Shown: in pieces, positions 12,901-25,990 of the stretch
How the letters are laid out: each line of letters begins with the position of its first letter
How positions within the stretch are numbered: position 1 is the first letter of the stretch
Assembly: GCA_023920165.1 (NCBI GenBank)
Contig: CP089275.1
Span: forward strand, 4,154,001 to 4,218,000
Length of the DNA: 64,000 nt
From: Curvularia clavata
Taxonomy: Eukaryota
Reading direction: 5' to 3'
Program-made: the position numbers and the translations under genes
The notes under the pieces: model-generated
Database searches by the model: none
What the model was told of the DNA's origin: nothing
The model's input: the letters and a program-made list of their open reading frames with translations, nothing else

Positions 12901-13661
12901 ATATCACATCCCGTGCCAACATGGGTCGCAACACCATGGTTAAGCAACTCGAGCGTGCCCGTGAAAAGCAGGCAGCGTATGAAGGCGAGAATGCTACCAA
13001 ACTCGACCAGGCCCGTCGCCTTCGTGAAGCAGAGAAGCTTCGTCGTGAAGAGGAAAAGAAGCGGGCAGAAGAAGAGGCTTTGGAAAGGAAGCGCAAGTAC
13101 GCTGAAGAGCAGGAGCGTCTCATTCGGCGCGACCGTGAACTCATGGAGAAGCGTAACGAAGAAGAACGCAGGCGTATGGAAGAAGATGAAGACAAGGAGG
13201 TTCGCAAAGCTGAACGAAAAGCACGTGGACCGAAGGGACCTAAGCGCAAGAAGAAGGATGCGGACTCCGACACTGACGGCGTGCCTTCCGACGACGACGA
13301 GCCACGCTCAAGACGCCGAAGGACTACTGTCAGCGGTACGGAAGAGCTCTCTGATACGGAGCGACCACGTGAGAAGAAGAAGAGGAAGCTTGCCCGCAAG
13401 AGCGAACCGTCAGGCAAATACAAGTCCGCAGAGTTCATTGATGACGAGAGCGATGAGGATGACGCAGCGGCACCCGCAGAAGAAGCTGCCGATAAGGAGG
13501 GTGGTGCTCAGGCTGGAAGTGATGACGAAGGTGCGGCTGCTGCCCCACGATCACGCAAAGCTCGTGTCGTGGATGATGAAGACGAAGATGAGGATGAGGG
13601 CACTACAGTACCGTCCAAGTCAAATGGCGATGTTGCCATGGATGATGACGAGGACGAGTAA
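9976..13661 (+). CDS. CTR9: PAF1 complex TPR subunit Ctr9 (3 exons)
   Basis: Long TPR array, DPRIGIGCCFWQLG, LDPKNAYAAQGIAIAL, charged coiled-coil and acidic C-terminus with KYKSAEFIDDESDE; introns 10373-10447 and ~12504-12562. Confidence 0.93.
10392..10408. repeat. (AC)n microsatellite inside CTR9 intron 1
   Basis: acacacacacacacaca read directly. Confidence 0.9.
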
Positions 13662-14053
13662 GGTTTTCGATCGAGACAGGGCATGAGATGGCTTGATCCT
13701 GAGGTCATATCCTAATCCTGAGTTATATCCGGCGGCGTTTTAGACTCCATTCCACCTTGCATCCTTTTTTTCCTACGGCTTTTCATTCCATCTTCTTGTT
13801 TCTTGCATCAGCGCTAGGGCGTTAAAGGGACAGGTCGCAGTTACTCACTCATCTTTTTAATCTATGTTTTTGGATGCATGCCGTTTTGGGGGGAAAAGAG
13901 TCAACAAAATATATACACCACTCAATCGGATGGGCTCAGTTATGAAAGCTTTGGCACAAAGTAGGATGCAAGGCTTGTTCATCACTTCGATTCCTCTGCA
14001 TATGCAATGTTCCTAGAAAATATCTACAGCCTGTTCAACTAGGCAAATTATTC

Positions 14054-17000
14054 TCAAAGCGCCCATTCATTCTTGTCGTCGTTTGCGCTGATAAAAGGTT
14101 CATTGACGAGCTTGACAGCCAACTCACTACACAACACACTACAAAGCAAGACGTTAGTATGCGAGTCGTCAAAGACATACATGCAAAGGGAACTAGAAGA
14201 GGGAGGTGAAGACTTACCAGCTGCTTCCCACAAGCGCATCCAACTCCTTGATCATTCTCTCGCGCACTGCTCCCGTCTTAATCCCCTTCTGCACCTCACT
14301 CTGCAACTCTGCTATCCGCTTGCCACGCGCGATACCAGCGAGCTCCACAACCCTCTTCGCCAAACAGTCACTGTGAAATGCGTGCTGGCATGGAAAGACG
14401 AAAAACTGTCGTGCAAGCAGTGGGAGACCGCAGACGTAGCATCGTTCACCTGGCTCAACAATAGCATATCGCTGCTCCAGCGCCTTGATGTCGGATTTGA
14501 TATGCGTAGCAGTCGCTTCGCTATCGTCCATTTCTTGCTTGAGATTGTCAATTTTGCGGCTGTAATCCTCGAGCGCAGCGCAAATCTCCTCTTTGAAGTC
14601 ATCAATGACTACAAAATCGGGGAAGAAAGGTATCAAGTCCTCGATCCGAAGAAGATCGACGCGACGCAGAAACTCGATGGCGGTTTTGATGCCGCTGGAC
14701 TGGGAAATGATCTTCTTTGCAATAGCGAGCCAAAGCTTCTTGCGGAGAGCGGGCTCAGTGTTTGAGCGGTCGGCGACTGAGGATGCGAGATCTATCTCAT
14801 CGTACTTTAGGGCGAGATCGACCGCTTGTACATATTGCTGCATCGAACTGTAGATATGCACGCAGGATTGTACACGCTTGTGCTGTATGCATAGGCGAAG
14901 GGCGAAGTCAGCATCGTAGTTCTGTTCATGAGCAAGCGATTGGCCTTCAAGGTAGGCGAGCAGTGCTGACTCGTCTGTGGTAGGATGTGATGCGTAAATG
15001 GATATGAGGGTGTTGTGGATCGCAGCATCTGTTGAGTTGCGCTGGTTGATTTCGAAGAGCAGGTAGCGGACGGCTTGGTTCTGACTTAGCGAAACCTTGG
15101 TATGGTTGTTATAATTGAGGAATGCTGGGATGAGCTTCTGTGCATCAAAGTTGGAGTGTCGCATCATAATATCGACGAGCTCTACTGGTACATGCGCCAT
15201 GAGAACGGAGCTGTACTTGTAGAATATTTCCGGATCTGTTTGCTTCTTGAGAACACCCAAAGACTCTTGCCACCGCTCACGCTGGACCCAGTATGAGAGC
15301 ACGTAATTGTAGTCATTCACTACTGTCGCGAAGTATAGCAGTTCTTCTTCGCGACCGTGACTGCTGATGATCTCGTACACCGTCTTGCGATCCAGATCCG
15401 CTCTGTACTTTGACACAAAGTCCTGGTACTCCTTTCGGATGACTGAAAGCTGATCGTGAGTCTCCGCGGTATTCATGCTCTCCGAGAGCTCGGCTTTTGT
15501 TGTAATAGTGTCGTCCAACGTATTCAACTTGGCCATGTAGAGCTCGACTAGCCACACAGCCACCATAGTCCGCTGCATAATGGCACCCTTCTTTAGCGTT
15601 GATAATTTAGTCAACAGGTACTTCCGCAGCGCGTCTTGTTCACCGTTGTCAATGAACGTCAGAGCGACCTGCTCAAATGGTTTTGTACTTCGTCCGTAGA
15701 CAGTGGCTGCTTCCATGTATTGATTCTTCGCAACAAGATAATCGCCAGACGCAGTAGCCACAGCATCCTTCTGCGCTGGTGTCTTTGCGTATTGTGAAGC
15801 GGCCTCAAATTGTTGCGACTTGAGCATGATTTTCCAGACATCTCTGCTCTCATCTGTGACAACAATCTCGAAGATTTCTTGGGTAGTGAAGAGCCAATAT
15901 GTGTTCTTCTTGACGTCTGCCACCAGGCCCAACGCGCTTTGTCCAGGGTCAAGCACAACCTGATCAAGGACTACGGTATCATCAAGACGGTTGATGGCTA
16001 CGATCCTACCTTCAACAAGTTGCAAAATGTGCCATTGGCTCAGCACCATAGATGCAACCGCCTCTTGCGTTCTACGGGTACGTCCACTGGCAGTTTGTGA
16101 AGGTGGCACCTGAGACCTTGGCAGCATCTTTGCATCTCCAAGGACCTTGCCGCCCAGCTCAGAAGTATCCTGTGAAAGATACAATTTTCCGTGTAAGACA
16201 CCTTGTGATGTAAGCCACCCGAATATCCTTTCCATCTGTGAGTCTTCTCTGTTGTGGGCATCTTGGTTCTCCGGGGATACAGTAAGCAAGGAGGTTGCAG
16301 TGGGTGCTACATTGGAAACTTCGTGCACAGTTGCAGACTCGCTTTCGAAGAGTTTGAGGAAGATTGACCCGCTTCCCTCATTGCCTTGGCGTCCAACTTT
16401 GCCAGCGAAATGGAGGAATGTCGAAGGCGTAGCGACGATGATGCGCCGCAGGTCGGACCGCCCAGGCACCATGTCCGTCCATAAACCTGTGATGGGCCCA
16501 TCATTTGTCCTGTATACACTCTTCAAGTACCTCTCTTCTCTCCTGTAGAACTCAGAGGAGGGCTCAATGTAAACCTCGTACACATTGCCGTCTGCCGCTC
16601 CCACCAGAATCTCCCTTGTCGAAGCAGTGGGCTGGGAAGGATTCCATGATATGCTCTCGATGACAACACCCTTTAGTCTCGACAATGCCTTCGGTGTGCG
16701 CGATTGTGTGTGGAGATAGTAATTCTCGGCAAGGGTAGTGGTGACGATGAGATGGGATGCGGAGGGATCCAGGAATAGGCGCTTGATGACACCGATTTCC
16801 GAGGGCTTTTTGGGCAGATCGATATCTACACGCGAGTAAGCACTGGTTTTGCTGGAATCTTTTCAAACTTGAATGCGCCTGACGAACCATCTATGTCTGC
16901 GGGACTATCCAAATCAATACGCAGAATACGGCCCGTCGAGAGTGCTAGTATAAGAACATTGTTCGCTACTGCAGCAGCGACAAAATCGGAGGATATGTTG

Positions 17001-17104
17001 AATTGCAGAGACACGCGTTCTATGTTGAACATGGGGAGCGACGCATCCTCTTGCATATTGCTCGTGCTAGGCGGCGCATACCCGCTCGACATGTCGTACG
17101 CCAT
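14054..17104 (-). CDS. VPS18: HOPS/CORVET subunit Vps18/Pep3 (3 exons)
   Basis: Pep3/Vps18 beta-propeller (FLDPSASHL region), clathrin-like repeat (LRKKLWLAIAK, LLRIEDLIPFFPDF) and C-terminal RING-H2 (CYVC..FPCQHAFHSDC..CVLC in the last exon). Confidence 0.93.
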
Positions 17105-17408
17105 TCTGAGATTCGGGGCTCGCTCGCTACTATTGTACACTCCTTGTCATATTTTTCGAGATACGCCACTGGTATTTCCTCTCCTCGTGGCGCCGAAAGC
17201 TTCGTTGCGCCGGATTGTTTTGTCGTAGTGGAGGCATCTTGACGACCCCGGTGACGCCTAAGCTGGGAGCTTGGACATTGGCGCTGGAGCGGAGATATAC
17301 CGGCGTTAGCCCCTCGTCACGTGAATTCGCGTCCAAGCCAGGAGATGCTGTGGCTGACTTGTAACAAAAACGCCAGCTGCAGGAAGGATTGGCACAAGTC
17401 GTTTCAAT

Positions 17409-19253
17409 TCAGACTAGGTAGATATCCTGCTCTTCTACATCCCACTCTACCCAGTCTTTACTGCTCTCCTCACCTAGGATGTCTACGAAGACTTCATCAT
17501 CCATTATCAAAGTTGTCTCCTTTCCTGTCAGATGCGTGCCCCCAAGAAAAGAGTAATACTGTTCTTGGGCTGTTGCCCGTAGGATGCATGGAGTCCAACA
17601 ACCAAAAACTATTCCACACAAGTCACCCTGCTGGGTAATATCAGGGGCCAAGCCAAAGTATCCGCGCTCTGTGACGATGAACCTGCATCCATCTATGAAT
17701 ACTTTCATGGTGTTCAGATAAAGGTCCATTTTTTCGTCTTCGCTACTTGTAATGTTTGATTGAAGCGAAACCTCGCCTTCCCTAGACCCACATGTGAGCT
17801 TGGCATGTTTCGCAAAAGCTGCCCTGTCACCTCGCCAGGCCTTCCATTGTCCGTGGTATCTGCCTAGGCATAAAGTATCGAGGAAAGCATCTAGCATGCG
17901 GGTTGACCCATACGGAGATTTAGTCGTATGAACCTTGACGTCCTCCCATATTTTTGACAGGATCTGTAGCTTTGACGAATGAGTCATGGGAATAGATGCA
18001 TATCGCACTCGATCCAACATAACGCCCCGGGCCTTGAAGGTGGTATCGTCAATAAAAACTGGCGTACATATATCGTCGTCACGAGACGACAAGCCTGTTT
18101 TTCTCCCGACTTTAGATGGAAGCGAACGTACTGGGACATCCCAGCGGGGGATCCACGAGGCTACAACCAAATCTACGGCTCCAATTGGATGACAAACGTA
18201 GTCTAGAACTCGAGGACTTGAGGTGGTCTTGGTATACTCAATCGCAAACTGCCGATAAACCTCCAGAAATGGCTGGTCATAGTCTGGGGTTATGGTGATT
18301 CCCTCTGTGTCATCGTTTGACAACTCCATAAAGGCATAAATCCTATCTCTTGGATCCGAAACTTGGAGGTATTTGGCAAAATTGAGATCTCGCAACACGT
18401 GAAGCGCACTCATCGAATTGTAAATGCGCAACGCATCGGCAAACTGTCTGTGCTGTCTTGCATAGGCAGCAGTGTGCAATTTTATGGACCAGTTACGAAT
18501 CTTATTTGCGTGGAAGGTTCTCCAGGCTCGATTCGCTAGCCACATGTGCACGCACATCAGGTCTTTCCAGAGAAACTCACTAGAGCCCCAGATGAACTTG
18601 CCAATTTTCGCAAAGGCGGCTTCCCTTACAACCCAACCGCGTCTGAACCACTCTTTCTCGACAAGATGAAACATTGATTTCCATCGGCTATCAGAAAGAA
18701 GAGGATCGTTTGGTGAGGGATAAGGAAATTCACGTGACTGTGGACCAACGAGACGTTGACATATGGATTTGATCATCTCAGTAACCTCATCGAGCAAAGA
18801 GCATAGCTGGGGTCCATGGCCGCCTTCATCAGGTCCTACATAGATCAATACCTGCTTCGCTGAGCGATATATTTGGCCCATAATGGCGACCTGATGGCCC
18901 TTCTCTTTCAAATCGTCTTGGTTGATGCAGATGCCGTCCGCCCAGAGTTTGCGTGGAGCATCCGGAAGGCGTAGACTTTGAAGAACATCGTATAGGCTCT
19001 CAGTAATCTTGATGCTACGGCCATCGCAAGTGATCTTCCTGTTTTTGATATCCCTTCCCCAGACGTACGAGATGGCTTCAAAGGAGACGTGATGCAGGGG
19101 TGCGGTGCAAAGACTGCATTCAAGCGGTTCGTTGCCCACACCGGGCTGAAGGGTGAGACAGCGGAAAGAATCGTCACGAGGAAGCTTGTCGTACTCATAA
19201 GGTGTGCCAAGGACAGAAGGAATTTGATTCGAGCGCTGGTATATGCCCTGCAT
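17409..19253 (-). CDS. Heterokaryon incompatibility HET-domain protein (HET-6-like), intronless
   Basis: FEAISYVWG, LWADGICINQDDLKEKGHQVAIMGQIYRSAKQV, WFRRGWVVRE, SDPRDRIYA, C-terminal FIVTERGYFGLAP..GD..GCWTPCILR. Confidence 0.9.
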   Translation of the reverse strand: MQGIYQRSNQIPSVLGTPYEYDKLPRDDSFRCLTLQPGVGNEPLECSLCTAPLHHVSFEAISYVWGRDIKNRKITCDGRSIKITESLYDVLQSLRLPDAPRKLWADGICINQDDLKEKGHQVAIMGQIYRSAKQVLIYVGPDEGGHGPQLCSLLDEVTEMIKSICQRLVGPQSREFPYPSPNDPLLSDSRWKSMFHLVEKEWFRRGWVVREAAFAKIGKFIWGSSEFLWKDLMCVHMWLANRAWRTFHANKIRNWSIKLHTAAYARQHRQFADALRIYNSMSALHVLRDLNFAKYLQVSDPRDRIYAFMELSNDDTEGITITPDYDQPFLEVYRQFAIEYTKTTSSPRVLDYVCHPIGAVDLVVASWIPRWDVPVRSLPSKVGRKTGLSSRDDDICTPVFIDDTTFKARGVMLDRVRYASIPMTHSSKLQILSKIWEDVKVHTTKSPYGSTRMLDAFLDTLCLGRYHGQWKAWRGDRAAFAKHAKLTCGSREGEVSLQSNITSSEDEKMDLYLNTMKVFIDGCRFIVTERGYFGLAPDITQQGDLCGIVFGCWTPCILRATAQEQYYSFLGGTHLTGKETTLIMDDEVFVDILGEESSKDWVEWDVEEQDIYLV

Positions 19254-19420
19254 ATTGTAAAATACGGATTTGCATATGTTTGCAACGAATGGTAGATTTG
19301 ATGAGCACGAATCTGGAAGCAGGGAATGAGAGAACAATATTGGGGGAGCCTTCAGGCACCCAACCACTCTACCCAAATCAGCCCCAGAGCTTACAGCTCA
19401 TGTGTTCTGCGCCTCACAGC

Positions 19421-20557
19421 CTATTTCCTTGCCATATCCTGCGCCACGATGCTCCTGACATACCCCGCCACCCTCTCCGCCACCGGCACGCCATGCCTGA
19501 TACAGAATCCATGCGGCCATCCTTCAAAATTGTCAATCTCCATAATGGGTTTCCAGTTCTCGCCCATGCCATCCACCTCCTCGACTTCGCCTGTGCTGAA
19601 TCTACCGCGGTTGTTAATCAGCGCGTCCCGCGTTGCATCCGCAACCCAATGATCGGTGCGCGCAAACAAAAAGCGCAAAATGGGCCGCGGGTGAGGATGC
19701 TTGGTTGGCGGCTCTGATGCAGAGGCGCCCCAAATTTCCTCATCCCAGATGTCCGTATCGATCTGGAACATTTCGTCACGTGCCATGTGGAGTGCTTGCT
19801 GGATACCGTGTGGAGACTTGATAAACGCTGCTGTCGTGTTGGCGGCATCCGCAGGAAAATCCATAAACTTTGCTACAATGGTAGCAATGAGAGATGTAGG
19901 AAGCCAAAATGTAAGAAAGTACACAAAGAGAGAAGCAAATACTACGAAGTTGGAGTTCTTGACGAAGGGCTATATCACGTGGTTAGTCATGGTTGTTCAG
20001 ACACAGTAGCAACACGGACGTACAGCAAACTTCATCCCGCTCTCGCTCCGGGCAATATCGACAATGGTAGGGAAGAGCCCTATGGCACTAACGACTCTCG
20101 TCTCAAAGTCGTCACCAGCTAGGCCATGCGCCCTCAGCCTGCGAATAATCTCCAGCGAGATGTAAGCGCCGACTGAATGCCCTACAAGGATCACTCTAAC
20201 ATCCTTTGCGCCCTGATCTTTGACTTCTTCCACCAGCTCTGTCAACTCGTCTTCTGCATGTCGTATTTGGTCTTGTAGTCCATATGGCGGCTGTTTGCGC
20301 CACTTCATCGTCTTGATCTCCTTGGCGTTCATCTCAAAGCCAGACAAACTCCTCCCGTATACCTGAAATTCAACATCGCGGTCTGAGGCTGTGTTATGGC
20401 TCAAGAGACCGTACAGATGTGTCAAAAAAGTCCGGTAATACTCGATGAGTCCTGGGTTGCCAGTGACAAAGTAGATGATGTAGGTCCGTGCGGCAGATTT
20501 TTTGCCAGGCTCTGGCGGTGTGCGAAGATGAATCAAGGAAGCCGGTGGAGCGGACAT
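19421..20557 (-). CDS. Lipid droplet-associated alpha/beta hydrolase (LDAH/YPR147C-like), 2 exons
   Basis: FVTGNPGLIEYY, nucleophile motif GHSVG, LFPTIVDIARS, ALHMARDEM, DHWV, HGFC. Confidence 0.88.
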
Positions 20558-21016
20558 GATGAATTGAGGTCCGGCCTGATATTTTGGGATCTGTAAGGGG
20601 AATGTAGGAAAGGAGCCTACAAGAGCGATTTTATGAGCGCCTTTTGATATCTTGGCCACGCTAGGTTCAACCGGGGTTTATGCAGATGCGCTATGCTTTC
20701 CGAGGCATGGCGCAGTTCAGAGACATCTAGAATTCCAGACTGGATCTGAGCAAGGCCGATACACCGCTTTCTTGTTGCTCGTTGGCGTCCGGGCGGGAAG
20801 CGGTGCTGCTGGAGAAGAGAACACACAGTGTATTGTGTATGTTTGAATTCTCTTGTTCACAGACTACAACATAAAGCTGCACGAAGTTTTTCCACAAACC
20901 GATAACTTGCGCATGCGTTGCTACGAATAAGAAGCTAAATGGGTATCATTGTTGGCATCCGTGTCGTAAGCCAACCTCTCTTTTGTAGCCATAGATTGCA
21001 TAGTTCAAAACCAAAT

Positions 21017-24000
21017 TCACTCAATCCTCAGGAACAATTCTAAAACCCCAACCATCCTCTCCTTTTGAGCTGCCTTCTCCTTTTCCTTGCTTCCCTCCTT
21101 CCACTTCACCAGACAATCCGCAAAGACGACTGCATAATTTCTTACGATCAGCTGCCGGATAGCCACCTCAGGGACTTTGCTTAAAGTCTTTCGCCTGACA
21201 TGGGTTTGAGGACTGGATGGAAGACTCATGTCAGCACTCGCTCTCTTGTTGTTGGTGGCGTCCGAACGTGGCTTGGAAGCCTCCGTAATTTGATTTGAGA
21301 TGTTATGGAGAAAAGAAAGAATAAGGAGGAATGTCGCGTTGTGGTTGGGTGAAGAAGCGAGGATCTCGAGGACGGTCATTTTGTCGTCGTCCGGAGAAGG
21401 AGGGGCGTTGGACTTTTCACGCCGGATGAGTGCTTCCTCCAGTCTTTCCCAAAGACTCTTCGTAATGACACCATCAGCAAGGTTTGAAAGGAAGGTGATG
21501 AGAACTTCGGCCAGCACCTCAACTCGTTCCCTACTGCGAGTCTCAGGTACAAAAGCATTGACAAAAGGGGTATCACAATCCAAGGCGTCATAAACGTTTG
21601 CGAGCTCGTCTTCTCTCTCCTCTCCCATAGTAGCTCGACCTCTGACGAATGGCCACCCCGCATTATCTTGCCAGGGCGCTCTCTCTCCTTCGCTCTTTGT
21701 CATCTCCCATTCGGCCAGTGTCCGTTCTGTCAGGTCTTCTATCGCCTCGGTCAGCCGAAAGATTTCCCTTGGTACGCTCCATTTTACCTCGCCAGAGGCA
21801 GGTACCTGGTGCTGTAGCTTCCGGATACCGCCTTCCGGAATTTTGATCAATCTGTCAATGGATCTCGTAAGCGCAGAGGGTAGCCAATGGGCGCGAATGG
21901 GCAAGAAATGGTCCCGCCCATTCTCGACTCGCAGAACAAGGACCTCATCTAACAGCGAATTACCTTCATTAAGGTCACGCACGGATGCCGGATTCTCGAT
22001 CTTGAGCTTCAATTCAACGTTCAGGACGTCGGCGGGTTCGAGAGTGAAACGTTGTTGAATATCATCCGACTTTAGCTTGTCAAGTTTGTCCTGGTCCTTG
22101 TCAAACGCGACGGTCAACCAGGAAGGAAATGGTCCAGCAGGTTGACCCTTTTCTACGGGGCGATCTGCAAATCCGAACGTGGCTGGAACACGTCCAGTGT
22201 TAGCGATGGTGATGTTGCGGCGGTAAGACTTTGCGAATTTAACTCGACCAAAGTCGACTCCTTCGAACGCGCTGTCCGTTTTGTTCTCCTCGTTAGAGGA
22301 GTGGGAGCCGGTGGCACGTTCAACCGCGACAGCAATGGAGGGTCGGCCTTCATTCTCCTGGCGGTCTATCTCACGAGCCACCTCAGTGTGGACAGCAGTC
22401 TTGAGCTCAGGGACAACAGAGTCATATTGCAGTCGAAAGACGGCATCTAGAGGCTTGTGATCAGAGCTGAGCACGCGCATGTGAGTCGTGTAGTACTCGA
22501 GTAGCAGTTCAGCCTAGTTATGGTTCAATCAGCAAGACGTTCTAACCAGCAGTGTCTCTTTTATCGAAATATACGTACGGACATGTCGTCTTTCGTTTTT
22601 ATTGGTTCAGGTTCAGGTATTTCGTTCTCGTCATAGTCGTCATAGGTCTCGCCATCTGTTTCTGGGTCGTATTCATACATGACGTCGTAGTCTCCTGGGG
22701 CACCTAACCCCTTTGACGACATTTCTGCATCTCTCTGGCGTGCTGCCTCTTGTTCCTTCACTCTCGCCTCATACTGCTGCCTAGATGCTCGCGTCCGGTA
22801 AATGATACGGTCACACCAGCTGGGACAACGACGCTTCTCGCTCGAGTCGAAAACACCAACCTTGCCAATGTCATACTTGTAGGATGGCAGAAACTGAATG
22901 GGGCCCTCTTCCCAGCCATCATGGAAAGCCTTTCCTTCCTTCATCATTCTGTGCAGCTCATCGTGTGGTAGCAAAGACAAGATGGTAGTCTGCAGTGACG
23001 CTGGATCAAGTTCATCCGGTGCAGGAACCACGTCATGGATCTGTCCAGACGAACGTTTAGAGCCGTATCCGGAGTCACCGGATGTGGATGGTCTGCCTTC
23101 GCTATCTTCTAGGTCCAAGTCCCGAGTATGAATCGTAAGCAGACGGCGCACATCATCGCCTGGCATGCCTTGGAGTCGATAGTTCAGGTCACCGAACCAA
23201 AAGGCAAAGTCTTCGTCGCCGAGCCCGTCACCGCTGGTCTGGGGTGCGCCCAGGCCGTCCACAATCGGATCAAAACGTGTGCGAGAGGCTATTTGAGCAG
23301 CATCCCAGTTCCTTCGGTCGAGTGCCGCTTTATCGGCGCCAGCTGCAAGATGGGAATTTATAAAAACAAGACGGGTCGTCTCTCCCAAGACAATACGCGT
23401 GGTCACAGCGCCTTTGTTACCCATGTAGCCCATGAGACCAGTACCTACACTCGTGGTGCTGACGCTCTTGATCTGGGGCAGAATTTCCGATGAGGCATAA
23501 ACAACCAGCCAAAGGCCAATCAATTGTTGATCTGCTACTAGTTGGTAGCCTTTGGGCAGGGCAGCCTCAAGCTCGGCTTTCCATTTGTTCACGGTTGAAG
23601 GATCTGTGTAAGGCCTCAAGGCTTCTGTGGGCGAGGTGATATCGACGATCTCCTGCAGGCCGAGTACATAGATGTCGATTTCCTCTCCGCCAGGGACTGC
23701 ACCAGCATCGTGGTGGGGAACAGAGGGCACTCTTGGGTCATGTCTTGCCTCCTGGGCCGCGATCGTTTCTCTGCCGCCTTTGGCATGGTAACCAGGGTCC
23801 GATATGCCCAAGCCAGCTAGGGCTTCCTCGACGCCCCTTCCCTTGACAAACCATTTGCCTATGTCGAGCTCTGTTCCTTTCTGGGCGGCCGTGTTCCAAG
23901 AGCCGACCTTGATGCGCACTGTCTGGGGTCGGGTATACTCGGCGCGGCGGTCGTACAGTGCCTGCGAGAGGGACGTCTGTTGCGTTGTGACCGAGGCTGC

Positions 24001-24087
24001 ACCGGGGGAGGGCACATCGAGGAACGCGCCAGGGATGTTTGCATCCAGCCGCTCTGTAGACCTTACAGAGGAGGCTTCGGATGCCAT
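21017..24087 (-). CDS. OCRL/INPP5B-like inositol polyphosphate 5-phosphatase with ASH/RhoGAP-like C-terminus
   Basis: 5-phosphatase motifs GLQEIV, GNKGAV, NSHLAAG, FWFGDLNYR, PSYKYD, PSWCDRI, SDHKP; C-terminal LRVENGRDHF, SVPREIFRL. Confidence 0.9.
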
Positions 24088-24446
24088 GGCGGGAGGCAAG
24101 GCGAGGTGGGCCGAGGGCGTGGGGGAGAGGGGGAGGAAGAGAAGGTTAGGCGGAAGACGGGAAAGAGGAACCAAGGAAGGGCACAACGGGTCACGCGCGA
24201 TGGGCGGGCGCAAGTGCACTCAACCCATACTGGCGATTTTTGTTGGCGGCCGGTTGAGCCACACGCGGCGGCAGCAATGACGACGGTGAGGCTGTGAACT
24301 CGTGCAATGACGCTGACGGGATGGCGGTGCTGGCGGGGACGGTGGAGCAGAGCAGGCCCAAGCGATGCGGTGCCTGACTTTGCCCGCGACAACATCCACC
24401 ACCACCACCGCCATACACACCATACACACCATTCCCAGCGCACTCG

Positions 24447-25253
24447 ATGGCGCCGAATCGCAAAGCCCGCGCCGGTCAGCCGCAGCCACCACCGCAGCCG
24501 CCGCCTCAGCCCTCCGACTACGAGACAGACGCGCCGCCGCCTGCTGTCGATGTGCCCCTCCCTCCGCCGCGGTCCAACGAGGAGCTCAACTTCTCCGTCC
24601 TCCGCCGCCTGTATCCAGAAGTCGTCGCCATTGAACATGTCACGCCCTACGCCGCCCTGTACACGTTCAATCTCGAGACGCAGCAGTGGGAGAAGATGGG
24701 CATCGAGGGCACTCTCTTCATCTGCCAACTGACGCCCTCGTCCATGGGCGCCGAACGCTACTGCACCATCATTCTCAACCGCAGGGGCCTGGACAACTTC
24801 TACGAGGAGCTCATTAGCAGCGACGAAATGGAGATTTCAGATCCCTATGTCATCATCCAGGGCGAGCAAGTCTATGGTATATGGATCTTTGCCGACCCGC
24901 CGCCTTCCTCGACTGCCAACTGTCGCGAAGAGACCGCCGCCAAGATGATGGCTATCGCCGACAGGGCAGAGGCAAGCCGCTCCGCTCTCCACGCTCCCGC
25001 CGAGACAGCTTCATCTGCCCCCATGGGTCGCCAACTGTCACTCCGGGAGCTCTTTGGCCAACAGCGCGAGCAGGATGCCGACTTCAGCCTCCACCACCAT
25101 GATAGCCACACCATGCCAAGTATGCTCCACCAGCAACAGCAGCAGCAGCAACAGCATCAACTACCATATATGCCACATCCTGCTCCTGCCCAACAAGATG
25201 TATTGGGCCAGCTGTTCATGAGGGCCAAGCAGAACCACAATGGCCTGGGCTGA
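24447..25253 (+). CDS. DCP1: mRNA decapping enzyme regulatory subunit Dcp1 (EVH1-like domain)
   Basis: ELNFSVLRR, LYTF..QQWEKMGIEGTLF, IILNRRGLDNF, VYGIWIF; Pro-rich N-terminus and polyQ C-terminus. Confidence 0.85.
   Translation: MAPNRKARAGQPQPPPQPPPQPSDYETDAPPPAVDVPLPPPRSNEELNFSVLRRLYPEVVAIEHVTPYAALYTFNLETQQWEKMGIEGTLFICQLTPSSMGAERYCTIILNRRGLDNFYEELISSDEMEISDPYVIIQGEQVYGIWIFADPPPSSTANCREETAAKMMAIADRAEASRSALHAPAETASSAPMGRQLSLRELFGQQREQDADFSLHHHDSHTMPSMLHQQQQQQQQHQLPYMPHPAPAQQDVLGQLFMRAKQNHNGLG
25131..25154 (+). repeat. CAG/CAA trinucleotide repeat encoding polyQ (Q8) in DCP1
   Basis: cagcaacagcagcagcagcaacag. Confidence 0.9.
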
Positions 25254-25990
25254 TGTAGCTGGGTTCGTTGCCAATGGCACGGATTCCATCTCCTACAAAC
25301 AAGCGCCTGTATCATTCGAAGGGCGTGTGCCTATCGATGCCCAATGTGCCAGTGATAGCACCAAGGTTGCCGTGTCTTGTACAAGGGCGACCTCGAGGTG
25401 GAATCTATCCAATGTATGGTAGCTGGGTTCCGTTGAGACTCGTCTCCCCCTCTATCCTGTGGTGCCCTGTCCTGTGCCAGCTGCATTTATAAAACTTGAG
25501 CACATGCGAACAATTTGCTGGCGTCTCCTTGTTCACTCAGGCCCTACTTCCTGACGCGTGCCTTCTAGGAACATAGCATGACGCACCAAGGAAAAGCTGC
25601 GCCATGATTTGCAGTTGCACGACTGGCCTGCTTATGACGCGCTACAGCGGATAGGGTTCTCAATGTACCGAAATAGTCGGAATCAAATTACACTCATCAA
25701 ATTTGATTAAAGGCACCTTCCAGACATACAACTACTTCTATATATACAGAAATTATCACAAAATTCAAACTATAATGGTGATTTTGACCATATTTGCATG
25801 AGCTAGGCGGTCTTGATGTGGCGATACTTTCTGACTATCTCGGTACACCGAGAAATAGGGCTGAAAAGCTACCTCACCCTCCCGCACATCCCTGTCTTTT
25901 ACCCCACGGTGGGGCATCCACTCTCCCAAAAATTTCCCCTCCAACATCACATACGCCCAAGATTGCACCATTACAAACCAATTGCACAAA

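Noticed and set aside
12794..13686. 290-aa alternative-frame and 214-aa antisense ORFs over the CTR9 3' exon
   Set aside because: Expected by-products of low-complexity GAR/AAG-rich coding sequence; no recognisable motifs.
23804..24732. Many overlapping ORFs around the 5-phosphatase/DCP1 divergent promoter
   Set aside because: GC-rich sequence with few stop codons; explained by the two real genes and their UTRs.
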